A stretch of DNA of 64,000 nucleotides, taken from Octopus sinensis (lineage: Eukaryota). The first letter of the stretch is position 1; each line of letters opens with the position of its first letter. Positions 26,692-40,814 of the stretch are shown here, one piece after another. The stretch lies in contig NC_043002.1 in assembly GCF_006345805.1 (NCBI RefSeq), positions 57,288,001 to 57,352,000 on the forward strand. The letters run 5' to 3'. The position numbers and the translations under genes were made by a program. The notes under the pieces are model-generated. The model was given only the letters and a program-made list of their open reading frames with translations. It was not told the DNA's origin and ran no database searches.

Positions 26692-27309
26692 TGTGATCAA
26701 GATCAAACATCCAGTTAACATCATGGTGTTTAGTGAGATCACTAGGGATGGCAACGTTATGCCTCCATTCACCTCCCACACAGCCTCAGACTCAACACAA
26801 AGGCCTACATCAAGTGCCCGGAGGAGGTAGTGCTGTGTCGGGTTAAGAGGGTGGCTGCTGGAAGACTATGTCTGGCAACAGGATTCCGCACCATGCCACA
26901 CAAGCAGGAGAACTCAGTCATGGCTGTCAGACAATTTGTGCGACCACATCACCCCTAACATCTGGCCATATAACTCCCCAGACTGCATTACCCTTGATTA
27001 TTATGTGTAGGGCGCAGTTGAACGAGAGACCAACAGAACTCTTTGTAACACCAAAGATGAACTGAAGGCAAGGATTATGGCAGCATTCACCAACTTAAAC
27101 AAAGAGACCATCCAGAAGAGTTGCAGGAGATTCCAAAGCCGTCTGGAGGTCGTGGTTGAAGCCAAGGACGACTTTATTGAATAAATTTGCTCTTTAATAT
27201 TTCAAGATATTTTTATGTAATTTTGGTAAATTTATCTGTTAAAATGAGATGACGGGGTTATTTTCATTTTTGCGTAATTTAGATGACAATATATTCACCG
27301 GTCCCTGTA
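26692..27309 (+). mobile_element. Tc1/mariner maT (DD37D) transposase 3' half with right TIR and TA
   Basis: KHPVNIMVF...YVWQQDSAPCHTSRRTQSWLSDNLCDHITPNIW(P)PNSPDCITLDYY...RLEVVVEAKDDFIE*; 37 residues between the second and third Asp after frameshift repair; ends TTCACCGGTCCCTG-TA. Confidence 0.85.
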
Positions 27310-27552
27310 TATATATGTATATATACATACATATATATACATATACATATACATACATACATACATACATACATATTATATATATATATACATATACATA
27401 CACACACACACTCACACACACATATATATACATATATATATATATATACACATACATATATACGTATGTGTGTGTATATATACACATACATACATACATA
27501 CATACAGGCACACATACATACGTATATATGTATATATATATATATATATATA

Positions 27553-30500
27553 TAGGTAAACAGTAACATTAATTACAGACATGGACAAGAACATGAAACA
27601 CCACAGAGACGACACAAGAACCACAGGACGGGACATTCGAAGCCCTCAGTCATCAGTCAAGAACCAGATCATCTTAGCAATTCGGCTGATTAATCTTGAG
27701 ATGCTCCGATATGGCCAGCCCGCCAAGGGAAATCTAAGCCAAGCGCATTAGATCCCCTGGAAGAAAGCTTCGAATGTATACAACGAAAGGACGGAACAAA
27801 ACAGATCGAAGTAAACAAACAAAATACAGAATACGTGACACCAATAAGAATACAAAAACGTAAAAACAATAACGGTAAAAATAAAAAATAAACAACAAAA
27901 CCAAACCCGGGACGTAGGACAAGGGTCTTTCGACAGGACGATTTGAGAATGGGGCTGGCTTGTGAAGTTGTGCCTAAAGGCCACGGGGAGACGAACAAAT
28001 ACGTGTTGCTTCTGAGGCTGCTGAAAACGAAAAGAGCGCTCAACAGCGGCTAGCTGTCACGTGAGAACAAAAGACAGAGAGAAAGGGACAGATGAAAAGG
28101 GAGAGAAGGTGGACGAGGGAGGAAGAAGAAAGAGACAGATCGAGGGGGCTGGAGGTGAGAGAGATAGAGAAACGTAGAGAGGGGGGGGACGGGGGCGGGA
28201 GGATGGAGAGGAAAGAAAGGAGTGGAATAGGGAGGAGAGAGAGAGAGAGAAAAAGAGACAGATTAAGAGTCGTATCAAAGCTTGAGAAAAACTATACTTA
28301 TCGTATAAGGACAATTGTGGATACGTAGCCGCCGATTATATAGGTAAACAGTAACATTAATTACAGACATGGACAAGAACATGAAACACCACAGAGACGA
28401 CACAAGAACCACAGGACGGGACATTCGAAGCCCTCAGTCATCAGTCAAGAACCAGATCATCTTAGCAATTTCGGCTGATTAATCTTGAGATTGCTCCGAT
28501 ATGGCCAGCCCGCCAAGGGAAATCTAAGCCAAGCGCATTAGATCCCCTGGAAGAAAGCTTCGAATGTATACAACGAAAGGACGGAAAACAGATCGAAGTA
28601 CACAAACAAAAATACAGAATACGTGACACCAATAAGAATACAAAAACGTAAAAACAATATGTAGTAAAAATAAAAAATAAACAAACAAAAACAAAACCGG
28701 GACGTAGGACAAGGGTCTTTCGACAGGACGATTTGAGAATGGGGCTGGCTTGTGAAGTTGTGCCTAAAGGCCACGGGGAGACGAACAAATACGTGTTGCT
28801 TCTGAGGCTGCTGAAAACGAAAAGAGCGCTCAACAGCGGCTAGCTGTCACGTGAGAACAAAAGACAGGAGAAAGGGACAGATGAAAAGGGAGAGAAGGTG
28901 GACGAGGGAGGAGAAGAAAGAGACAGATCGAGGGGGCTGGAGGTGAGAGAGATAGAGAAACGTAGAGGGGGGGGGGACGGATGGAGAGGGAAAGAAAGGG
29001 AGTGGAATAAGGGAGAGAGGAGAGAGAGAGAAAAAGAGACAGATTAAGAGTCGTATCAAAGCTTGAGAAAAAAATATACTTATCGTATAAGGACAATTGT
29101 GGATACGTAGCCGCCGATTATATAGGTAAACAGTAACATTAATTACAGACATGGACAAGAACATGAACCACCACAGAGACGACACAAGAACACAGGACGG
29201 GACATTCGAAGCCCTCAGTCATCAGTCAAGAACCAGATCATCTTAGCAATTGCGGCTGATTAATCTTGAGATTGCTCCGATATGGCCAGCCCGCCAAGGA
29301 ATCTAAGCCAAGCGCATTAGATCCCCTGGAAGAAAGCTTCGAATGTATAAACGAAAGGACGGAAAACAGATCGAAGTACACAAACAAAATACAGAATACG
29401 TGACACCAATAAGAATACAAAAACGTAAAAACAATAACGGTAAAAAAAAAAATAAACAACAAAACAAAACCGGGACGTAGGACAAGGGTCTTTCGACAGG
29501 ACGATTTGAGAATGGGGCTGGCTTGTGAAGTTGTGCCTAAAGGCCACGGGGAGACGAACAAATACGTGTTGCTTCTGAGGCTGCTGAAAACGAAAAGAGC
29601 GCTCAACAGCGGCTAGCTGTCACGTGAGAACAAAAGACAGGAGAAAGGGACAGATGAAAAGGGAGAGAAGGTGGACGAGGGAGGAGAAGAAAGAGACAGA
29701 TCGAGGGGGCTGGAGGTGAGAGAGAGAGAGAAACGTAGAGAGGGGGGGGGGGGGGACGGATGGAGAGGGAAAGAAAGGGAGTGGAATAAGGGAGGAGAGA
29801 GAGAGAGAGAAAAAGAGGACAGATAAGGGTCGTATCAAAGCTTGAGAAAAAAAAATATACTTATCGTATAAGGACAATGTGGATACGTAGCCGCCGATTA
29901 TATAGGTAAACAGTAACTTTAATTACAGACATGGACAAGAACATGAAAACCACAGAGACGACACAAGAACCACAGGACGGGACATTCGAAGCCCTCAGTC
30001 ATCAGTCAAGAACCAGATCATCTTAGCAATTTCGGCTGATTAATCTTGAGATTGCTCGATATGGCCAGCCCGCAAGGGAAATCTAAGCAAAGCGCATTAG
30101 ATCCCCTGGAAGAAAGCTTCGATGTATACAACGAAAGGACGGAAAACAGATCGAAGTACACAAACAAAAATACAGAATACGTGACACCAATAAGAATACA
30201 AAAACGTAAAAACAATAACGGTAAAAATAAAAAATAAACAACAAAACAAAACCGGGACGTAGGACAAGGTCTTTCGACAGGACGATTGAGAATGGGGCTG
30301 GCTTGTGAAGTTGTGCTAAAGGCCACGGGGAGACGAACAAATACGTGTTGCTTCTGAGGCTGCTGTGAAAACGAAAAGAGCGCTCAACAGCGGCTAGCTG
30401 TCACGTGAGAACAAAAGACAGGAGAAAGGGACAGATGAAAAGGGAGAGAAGGTGGACGAGGGAGGAGAAGAAAGAGACAGATCGAGGGGGCTGGAGGTGA

Positions 30501-30659
30501 GAGAGATAGAGAAACGTAGAGAGGGGGGGGACGGATGGAGAGGGAAAGAAAGGGAGTGGAATAAGGGAGGAGAGAGAGAGAGAGAAAAAGAGACAGATTA
30601 AGAGTCGTATCAAAGCTTGAGAAAAAAATATACTTATCGTATAAGGACAATTGTGGATA
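27553..30659. repeat. Tandem array of four ~780-bp units (last one ~20 bp short)
   Basis: Units start TAGGTAAACAGTAAC at 27553, 28341, 29123 and 29903; differences are mostly 1-bp homopolymer indels; flanked by (TA)n. Confidence 0.97.
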
Positions 30660-32355
30660 ATATAATATATATAGTCGAGGTGAGAAAGTTATCATAAAAA
30701 TTTCTGTAATTTCAATAAATTAGTGTCCATCAATCAGTTAATATATACACTTCACTGATTACTCTCATTAATATACACGGAGACTAGCTTTGTATACCAT
30801 GAAAGACGTCAACTTGTAGAAAAACGAAGAACTAGTGTACTAAAACGGCCATTCAAGTAACGAAAATTGTCTAACAGTGGTTTGCTGGTACTGGCGGAAG
30901 TGTGGGTCGGCGGTGGCGGCGGTGATAGTGAAGGTGGTGGTAGTGGTGGTTGTGGTGGTGGTGGTGCAGTCGGCGGAATAATAACAAACCTGATTTAATT
31001 ACTTTCGTGAGTGGAATCATTAGCAATATGTATATTTATGGAGGAACAGGTCGTAATATGTCCGGGGAACGACAATAAATTGCATCCGGTGGTGAAACTT
31101 CAGTTCAGGTGTTCTGGAGCTATGGTGGTGGTGGTGGTGGTGGGAGAGCGGCGTGTATTGACCCCCCCTCAGTAATATGTTTGGAGCAATATGTAATTAA
31201 AGATGAATATCATAAATGCTGTGGTGTGGCTGTGTGGTTAGGAAGCTTGTTTTGCAACCATGTGGTTTCGGGTTCGGCTCCAGTACAAGGCACCTTAAGC
31301 AATGCGTTGCCGACCAATGCGTTGCGAGTGAATCAAGTGCAGGCAAACAGTGTGTGTGTGTGTGTGTGTGAATGTGTGTATTTGTGTGTGCATCAGTGTG
31401 TGCGTGTATGTGTATGAATGTGTTTATGTATGCGTTTATGTGTGCATGTATGCGTGTGTGTATGTGTGCGTTTATGTATGTATATTTATATATGTATATA
31501 TATGCATACATGTATTTATGTGTGTGTATGTTTAGGTGTATGTATATATGTGCATATATGTATGTATGTAGGTGCGTATAGATATATGTATGTGTGTGTA
31601 TGTGTGTGTGTATATATGTGTATTTGTGTATGTGTGTATATAATTGTATTTGTACTTGTATCTCACACCGTTTGACAACCGGTGTTGGTTTGTTTACGAA
31701 TCTGTAATCTAGGGTTTCTGTAAAAGAGACCGACAAAATTAAGTTCTAGACGTAAAATAAGTACTGGATTCGATTAAACATTTCAAGGCGATGCTCCAGC
31801 TTGGCCGAACCCCCAATGACTGAAACAGGTAAAAGAAAAAAAAAAGAAGAAAAACAAACTAAAGAAAAATCGGGGTAACCTTTACGCGGTGGGTTGACAT
31901 GCTAGAAAGTGTAGCCAAACCCTTCATTAATCAACTCTACCATTGTAAAAATGGCGGAACACATCATTATACACTGCTGCATTGGCTAAAGGAAAGAAGT
32001 TTGGTTATAACTGCCGAACCGATAAGTCTGCAAAATCTGTAGCACAAGTTCTGATTACATCGACCCCAGGATTCGACTGATACTTCTTTTATCGACCTCC
32101 GCGGTATTTGAAATCAGATCATAAAAAGCCGGATGAAATGTTGCTAGGAATTTTGTCCGGTGTGCTAACCGTTCTAACTCGCTACCATAATAATAACATT
32201 TTATAATTTTGGCGCAAGGTCAGCAGTTTTAGGGGAATGGGATCAGTTGATTACATCGACCCTAAAGGATGAGTAACAAAGTCGACTTAAGCGGTATTCG
32301 AACTCAGAAACCAAATCCGGAAGAAAGGTCGCTAAGCACTTTATTCTTCGTGTTC

Positions 32356-32436
<81 letters not shown>

Positions 32437-32483
32437 TCGAAAATACCTTAGGAATGAGAACCCAGGTTCGAAATTTCCCCAAG

Positions 32484-32526
32484 ACACCTGAAGAAGGCTG
32501 GAGGGTATATCAGCCGAAACGTTGTG
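32484..32526 (+). ncRNA. Minimal type I hammerhead ribozyme motif (Penelope-associated type)
   Basis: ACAC-CUGAAGA-A-GGCUG-gaggguauau-CAGCC-GAAAC-GUU-GUG: intact core, 5-bp stem II, palindromic ACGU stem III, CAC/GUG stem I. It lies in a ~140-bp repeat after (AAT)n. Confidence 0.65.
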
Positions 32527-33282
32527 CTAACAACAAACAAGATAAGGACAAATATCCGTCAAATGTAAATAATGTGTTTACGATTCTTTTCTACTCTAGG
32601 CACAAGGCCCAAAATTTTTGGGGAGGAGGCCAGTCTATTAAATCGAACCCAGTACTCAACTGCTACTTGACTTATCGACCCTGAACTGCTGAAACGCAAA
32701 GTCAACTTCGGTGGAATTTGATCTCAGAACGCAAGGACAGACGAAATACTGCTAAGCAATTCCTTTCTATCATAGGCACAAGGCCTGAAATTTTGGGAAG
32801 GCGGATAGTCGATTACATCGACGCCAGTTTTTCACTGGTACTTAATTTATCGAACCCGAAATGATGAAAGGCAAAGTCGACCGCGGCGGAGTCGGAACTC
32901 ATCACGTTAAGACAGTTGAAATACCGCTAAGCATTACACCAGGCGCGCTAACGTTTCTGCCAGCTCGCCGGCTTAGGGGATAAGCAATAATTCTTTCCAC
33001 TATAGGCACAAGGCCTGAAATTTTGGGGATCAGGGATTGTTAATTACATGGAGCCTAATATTTGACTGGTATTTATTTTATCAATCCCGAGGATGAAAAG
33101 CAAAGTCGAACTCGGCAGAATTTGAACTCAGAACGTAAAGACGGACGCAATGCCGCTAAGCATTTTGCCCGGCGTGGCTAACGACTCTACAAGCTCGTCG
33201 TCTTAACAACAACAACAACAGCAGCGACATCATTAACAGCAGCAGCAGTAACATCATCATCACCACCACCACCACCACCACC

Positions 33283-33313
<31 letters not shown>

Positions 33314-33819
33314 GCAACAACAACATTGAAACTACGATATAGATGGATACGTTTGTCCGTGTTCGAGACATTGGAAATCGTAACGATATGGAGAATTATG
33401 AGAATGATGGTGGTGGTGGAGGAGGGAAGAGTGTCTCGTTTGATGCATACAGTATCAGGATAAGCCTAGTGTTAAACAACTACAACACTCTGACGATTTC
33501 GTTAATGTTTTGGCGAAAAGATGCGAGGCCAAAGAAAGCAATCACTCGACCGCTTGAATTTGAACCAATTATATTATGAATGAAGTCGAGTGGCCGTGAA
33601 GTCACATACGTCTGGGTTAATGAAATGTATTGAACATGATTATGAAATAAAGTGAAAATAGCAGAGAATTGATGACTGGTTATTGAATAACAACAGGAAA
33701 TTGATGTCTGTTTAAAGTAAAGGAAGATTGATATATCACTGGGTATTGAATATAATATTGGGTATCGAATAAAAACTAATAAAAACCTCTTGTTACTTAA
33801 TTTTAGTCACCACTCTTCC

Positions 33820-33855
<36 letters not shown>

Positions 33856-33941
33856 AAACGCGCATATTATATATTATAATATATATATATTTATCTCACT
33901 CTCTCTCTATATATACGTAGTATATATAATGCATGTATATA

Positions 33942-33991
<50 letters not shown>

Positions 33992-34013
33992 ATATATATT
34001 ATATATATGTATG

Positions 34014-34055
<42 letters not shown>

Positions 34056-34808
34056 CGCATACATATATATGTATGTATATGTATGCATATATGTATATAT
34101 ATATATATTTACAGGCACATTACTCACACACAAAAACACAAACACAAACACGCACACACACACATGCGCGTACATGTAAATTGTGAAGGCAAAGAACAAA
34201 ATGAAAAATGAGAGGATCGAGGTCTTAACAGTTATTATATTTAAAATAGAATAGAAAGAGTCGTGACGTTTTGGACATTAATCTCTCATCAGAAGAAAAT
34301 TATAGGAGGAAAATAAAACAGGAATGTGATAAAGAAAAAGCGGCTGCGATGAGAAAAAAAGAAAAGAAGGAAGAAGTTGAGAGCCAAGTTAGAAAGCGGT
34401 TCTGTGTGGTGTGATGAGGAACACATCATTTGCGGACGAAGAAGAGGAAAAATAACTACGTTTGACTCACCGTGCAACCTAATGTTTTTTCGAACCTAAT
34501 GAAGAACTTTTTAGTTATCATTGGAAGGCCTTTTCCAGGCACACTTAAAAATACCTGGTGGTTTTTATGATACGAAATTCTAAAGTTATTTTCCTCTCTT
34601 TGAAGAAAACACTTTTCAATGTTGCATGTTACAACAAATACGTAACCTATTTCATAGCATTCCCTTGATATCAATAAACTTGTCCTCTTAGAGGATTATG
34701 CTTTTCAAGTCAGTGGATTATACAGTAATCCTCACCACATCTAATGATGTGATATTACTAGGAACGGACAGCCAAAGATTTCAAGAATATATATATATAT
34801 ATCTATAT

Positions 34809-34931
<123 letters not shown>

Positions 34932-34964
34932 TATATATATATATATATATAACTTAGAATACTA

Positions 34965-35300
34965 GAAAGGTTTTGGCCAGTATTGGCCCAGGCCATGTCT
35001 AACTTAATAGCACCACCTGGGGAAGTCTTTCAATTCAGGATTTGGGCACCGAGGACCATTCGAGCAGAGAGTTATTGCTTGCGGAGACATATCCGGGTGT
35101 GGGTGGTTTGTCCGGGATTGTTTGAAGGAATTTGTCCAAAGACCTCTTGAATTTTGTGTGGTCAGTTTCTTTTTTGACGTGTCCTGGTATAATGTTGAAG
35201 AGAGCGGGTCCAATTGAGGTGAAGTAGTTGTGCCGTATTGTCGTTATGTGATGCGATTTAGATTTTTGTTGTGGACGGATGGCACGTGGTCCAAGCCTTG
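34965..35300 (-). mobile_element. CR1-clade LINE 3' end
   Basis: IRHNYFTSIGPALFNIIPGHVKKETDHTKFKRSLDKFLQTIPDKPPTPGYVSASNNSL, typical CR1 ORF2 C-terminus; short 3' UTR. Confidence 0.8.
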
Positions 35301-36409
35301 GATGTATATATACATATATATACATACATACATATATATATATGCATACATACATATATAGTCCTTCAGAGGGTATGTGGGAAAACTCCATCCTCTTGTG
35401 AAATTTCTTCTGTAGGCTAAGCAACAAAGGAGACGACACACCCGGCACTAACTAGAGCATACGCAACAAGTCCCTCACCTAATTCGCCGGAAAGTGGAAA
35501 TGTAGTCTCTGTCTGTCTGAGTAAAGCCACCACCACCACCAACAACAACAAAAAACTGCAGTACGTATTGAAGAAGTCCGTTGTAATCCTAAACAAAGAG
35601 ACTGAATTTTCATATCCCTTTCATCTACGGATCTCTTAGTCATTAGTTTAAAACTCTCTTTCAGAAAATTTCCTGAAACTATTTAAAAATTTTACTGAAA
35701 TTTCTAACAGTAGCTAAAGTGACTGCTGCCATATAAGCGCCAGAGTTATTTCCTCTACCGGTAGTTGTTTAATAATATCCTCCAGTAGCGACATTATAAA
35801 AGAAATAATAATAAGAATTATCCAAGCAGACAGAACCACGTAACTTGGAATAATACACACACACATAAAAGGAGCAGTCCGTCGGTTACGACGGCGAAGG
35901 TCCCAGCTGATATGCTCAACGGAACAGCTTGAACGTGAAATTAACGTGCAAGTGGCTGAGCACTCCACAGACACGTGTACCCCTAACGTAGTTCTCGGGG
36001 AGATTCAGTGTGACAATGCTAGCCTTTTTGAAAAACAGGTACTACTCATTTTTGCCAGCTGAGTGGACTGGAGCAACGTGAAATAGAGTGTCTTGCTCAA
36101 GGACACAACACGTCACCGGGAATTGAACTTACGACCTTACAATTGTGTGTCGAATATCCTAGCCACTAAGCTACGCCTCTTCACAGACACACATACAGAC
36201 AAGTGCGCACGCACACACGTATGCACATGCTCGCACGCTCACACACACAGACACACAGACAGACATACACACACAGACACACACAAACACTGTTTTGATA
36301 AACAATTATCTCTTCATACGTAAAGGTTTCGTGTAGTTAAAACAAGCATGAAGAAATAATCCAATATAAGTATTATGTCTATTGTTTATACATACATTCT
36401 TATTCTTTA

Positions 36410-36454
<45 letters not shown>

Positions 36455-36606
36455 CACGCACACACACATATATGTATATATATATATATATAATACAATG
36501 ATCAAACACTCCACACTTCTGAGACTGGGCTAGTGCTGATGGTTTTATTTTTTGTGCAATGAAATACTATGATTATCTATTTAGACATTCAACCATCCAG
36601 CAAACG

Positions 36607-36706
<100 letters not shown>

Positions 36707-36781
36707 GTCTATCTATCTATCTATGTCTGTCTGTCTGTCTTTCTGTCTGTCTGTCTTTCTGTTTGTCTGTCTGTCTGTCTT

Positions 36782-36818
<37 letters not shown>

Positions 36819-36821
36819 ATG

Positions 36822-36852
<31 letters not shown>

Positions 36853-37587
36853 TGCGTCTATCTATCTATCTATCATCAATCTGTATGTATGTATATATTT
36901 ATCTATCTATCTGTATGTATGTGTATGTATGTCTGTCTGTCTGTATGTATGTATGTATATATGTATCTATTTATCTATCTATCTGTATGTATCTACCCAC
37001 TTGCTGAGTTTGTCTGTCTGTCTGACTACCTCTCTCTCTCATTATCTTTCCCTCATTCAACACACACACTCATAGACACACACACATACATACACACACA
37101 AATATATATTTTTATCTTTTATTTCAGCCATTTTGTTTCAACCATTCAATTGCAGCCATGCTGGGGTACCGCTTTGGAGAAAGTTTTTTTAGCCGAAGGA
37201 ATCGACCCCAAGACTGATTTTTTAAAATCCTGTTACTTATTTTATCGGTTCTCTCTTGCCGAACCGCTACAGAGACCTAAGCACACCACCTCCACCGATT
37301 GTTAAGCGGTGGTAGGCAGCAAACACAAACATGCATGCATGCACACACACACACACACAGGCACACACATGCAAACAAACATATACGACGGGCTTCTTTC
37401 AGTTTCCGTCTATCAAATCCACTCACAAGGCTTTGATCGGCCCGAAGCTATAGTAGAAGACACTTGCCCAAGAAAGCATTTGCCTGCGCAGTGTGATTGA
37501 GCCTGAAACCATGTGATTGGGAAACATACTTCTTACCACGGAGCCACGCCTGCACGATATCATGGTTCACTTATCGTGCTCTCGGTA

Positions 37588-38544
37588 AAGTAATCCCTCG
37601 CCATATCGCGGTTCACCTACCGCGTCCTCAGTACATCGCGGATTTTTCTGGCTAATATATGTAAATTTATATCGCGGACTCCTCAGTATATCGTGGGTTT
37701 CTGCTGTCGATAGGTATTTATATTGTTTTAGATTTTAATTATTTCCGTAGTAAAATAAGCACTTTCACGCCTAAAAATTAATAGATTAATTAATAAAAAT
37801 ACTGTACAGTACTGCACTGTGTAACACATTAATTAAGATATATTACAAGAAAATACGTAGCGTACCGTAGATGAGTAAACAGAGAATCGCATATATTGTA
37901 TGGAAAGCGAAACTCGGGAGGAGAGTATGTGGTGCTGTTTTGCATTTATAAGGAAATAAATATATACAATAATAATAATAATAATAATAATAATAGTAAT
38001 AATAATAATAATAAGTTGTTTGACCATAACCAGTTGAGCATGTCCCTTAGTGGCTGACGATATGTGCATCTCTGATCACGAGCAGAAGTAGTGGGGTAGC
38101 ATCATAGCCATGTGTTGAGAGGGATTCTTTGGGGTTTGAATAATTCACCTCTGGAGACATGGGTGGTTCTTTCAACATCCTTAAACAACCCTTATTCAGG
38201 GACCGTTTGAGCGGGATGGGCTACTCAACCTGAAGAAAATTCTAACTGGGCCCCACCTGCAAGGTCATGTGCAGTTTATCTTGATGAGATCACCATGTCG
38301 CGCACATATGGTTGTGATGCATGTGCCTGGTGTGCCCTTATCAGACGGGTAGTCATGATGGCTATATTGGGCTTCGTATATTTTACCCCAGTGTCACTTT
38401 GATCGCATGAACTGCTCTCTCACTCAATAATAATAATAATAATAATAATAATTATACAGTACAGTACTGTTTCTACATCGCGGATCTTCACCTATCGCGG
38501 GGGGATTTTGGAACGTAAAGCCCGCGATAGTCGGGTGATTACTG
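37588..38544. mobile_element. pogo/Tigger-like non-autonomous DNA element carrying a nested family C insertion
   Basis: Termini AGTAATCCCTCGCCATATCGCG / CGCGATAGTCGGGTGATTACTG; internal repeated ATATCGCGG motifs; family C element between (AAT)n tracts at ~37965-38450. Confidence 0.6.
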
Positions 38545-39110
38545 CATACAGTTTTATCTATCTTACTATTAACAACCCTCGCTCCCCCTCTTTCCCCACT
38601 CTCTATTCTCCCCTCTCCCCATTTTCCCTCCCTGTCTGTCTGACTGTATATTTATGTACGTATTATATTATTACGTCCAGGTGTACACTACACATATGAT
38701 ACCATTCTTTCATTAACATCTGTAAATATCCAGGCATCCATGTGTGTGTGTGTGTGTGTGTGTGTGAAAAAGAGAGAAAGAGAATTTATAAACATTTTTA
38801 TATATTTAAACATTTCTGACTTTTCTCGCAATATACAAACACACGCACACACACATTCATACATGTCTACATATATATTCATTAATATATACACCACACA
38901 CATACATCTGAATGTATGTATGTATGTATGTATGTATGTATGTATGTATGTATGTATGTATGTATGTATGTATCTATCTATCTATTTACCTATCTATCTA
39001 TCAGTATATGTGTACACACACATATATATGTATATATGTATATGTATATCTACATCTATCTATCTATATATCTGTTTATGTATACGTAAATATTGAACTA
39101 TACATTACCA

Positions 39111-39152
<42 letters not shown>

Positions 39153-39157
39153 ATATA

Positions 39158-39188
<31 letters not shown>

Positions 39189-39193
39189 GTATA

Positions 39194-39259
<66 letters not shown>

Positions 39260-39266
39260 TACACAC

Positions 39267-39313
<47 letters not shown>

Positions 39314-40446
39314 ACATATGTATACATATGTAAGCATATATATATTATATATATATGTGTGTGTTTATATATATAAATATAAAAGTATGAATATATATTA
39401 TGCAATGCACAAACCTATTTATACACCCACACATACACACACACAGACGAGTATACAATGTGTACTGTGTGTGCGTGTATTGTATCGGTGCGGTCTCAAT
39501 GCTGAGCTATAAATTCTCCCGTCTTATCTGGCGCACACACTTTGTCTCATATCTGTTATCTAATTGTATCATGATATATTTCCCCTATGACCAATGTTAC
39601 CGTATAATGGAACATTTATCAAAATATTGGCTCCCTCTCTCACACCATCACCCTTCAACCATAACGATATTATTCTCCATGACACGAGGAAGGATATATC
39701 TATGACTTGTGTATAAGTATCCCAATCGATATCCTACCTGTGTATGTTTCTAATCGATACACATTTATCGCAGCCATAATCACCAATACATTGTGATAAT
39801 AGCCGAACATTTAGTTCCATGACTGCGCCTTGGTGAGGTGAACTTCTCTGCTGATTCACTATGGCTGGCGAGGTCAGTCGGAAGGATGGTTCGATGGTTC
39901 CCATCCTGTTTCACCGCCTCTCCAGTTCTGTTTCTTTCAATTTAATTCGAAACAGCCCTCTAAGCCAAAGCTATATGTGATTAGTTCTTTCCAACAACAT
40001 GGTTCCAGGTTCAGTCCCACTTTTGGCATGTGTCTTCTGTTATAGCTTTGGACTTACCAAGGCCTTGTCAGTGAATTTTGTTGACGGAAACTAAAAGAAA
40101 CTAGTCACACACACACACACACACACAAGAGTTACAGAACAGAGTAGATAAGATATGGGCTACATATGTTTCATAGCGAGTGGATCCTCAGAAGTGGTAA
40201 AATCCAAGCGAGGTGTATATCGTCGGTTCTTCATCAGGCCAAGTATATCTTGATTAGATTAAAGGATACATTGTCGCAAGGATTGAAACAAGAAGTTTGC
40301 CTCATAATCACATGGTTCCGGGTTCAGTCCCACTGAGTGGCACTTTGGACGTGTAGCGTGGGTCTGACCAAACCTTTGTGAGTGGAATTGATAGACAGAA
40401 GCTGAAAGAAGCTCGTTGTATATACAACGTTATATTAAATACATTA

Positions 40447-40814
40447 TGATATAGCAATTAAAACCAAAAAGGTAAAATTAATAAATGAGGGTGAAAAATA
40501 GCTCCTACAATTGCTAGAAATGAGACCCAAATTTTAACTCGAACAGCTACAGAAAAGCACTAAGCTCATCAGATATTCGGGACTGCGAGCAGCAAGCCAC
40601 ATATTTCTTTGGCGAGATTGAAGTAGTTTGATAAAACCTTGTCACGTGATTTTGAAATTTGATCAACATGATCTTGTTTCTCGTCAGAGGTTTCTACAGT
40701 TAGTGCTTTTGTGTGGCTGTTCCAGTTAAATTTTAGCTACCATTTCTAGCAATTGTTGGTGCTATTTTTCACTCTCATTTATTGAATTTACCTTTTTGGT
40801 TTTAATTGCTATAG
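40447..40814. mobile_element. Foldback MITE, ~115-bp TIRs
   Basis: TATAGCAATTAAAACCAAAAAGGTAAA... vs ...TTTACCTTTTTGGTTTTAATTGCTATA. Confidence 0.85.

Noticed and set aside
27625-27670. CTGATGA on the minus strand of the 780-bp unit as a hammerhead core
   Set aside because: Followed by CTGAGGGCTTC-GAAT, with no proper stem II and no GAAA.
27553-30659. Array considered as CRISPR or a tandem gene cluster; recurring ORFs such as MSALFVFSSLRSNT
   Set aside because: No short repeat/unique spacer structure, eukaryotic context, and the ORFs are broken differently in each unit.
35479-35516. 38-nt minus-strand exon-like segment encoding TDRDYISTFRRI
   Set aside because: DRD is followed by Y rather than P, the phase does not fit the phase-0 acceptor at 17657, and there is no other support.
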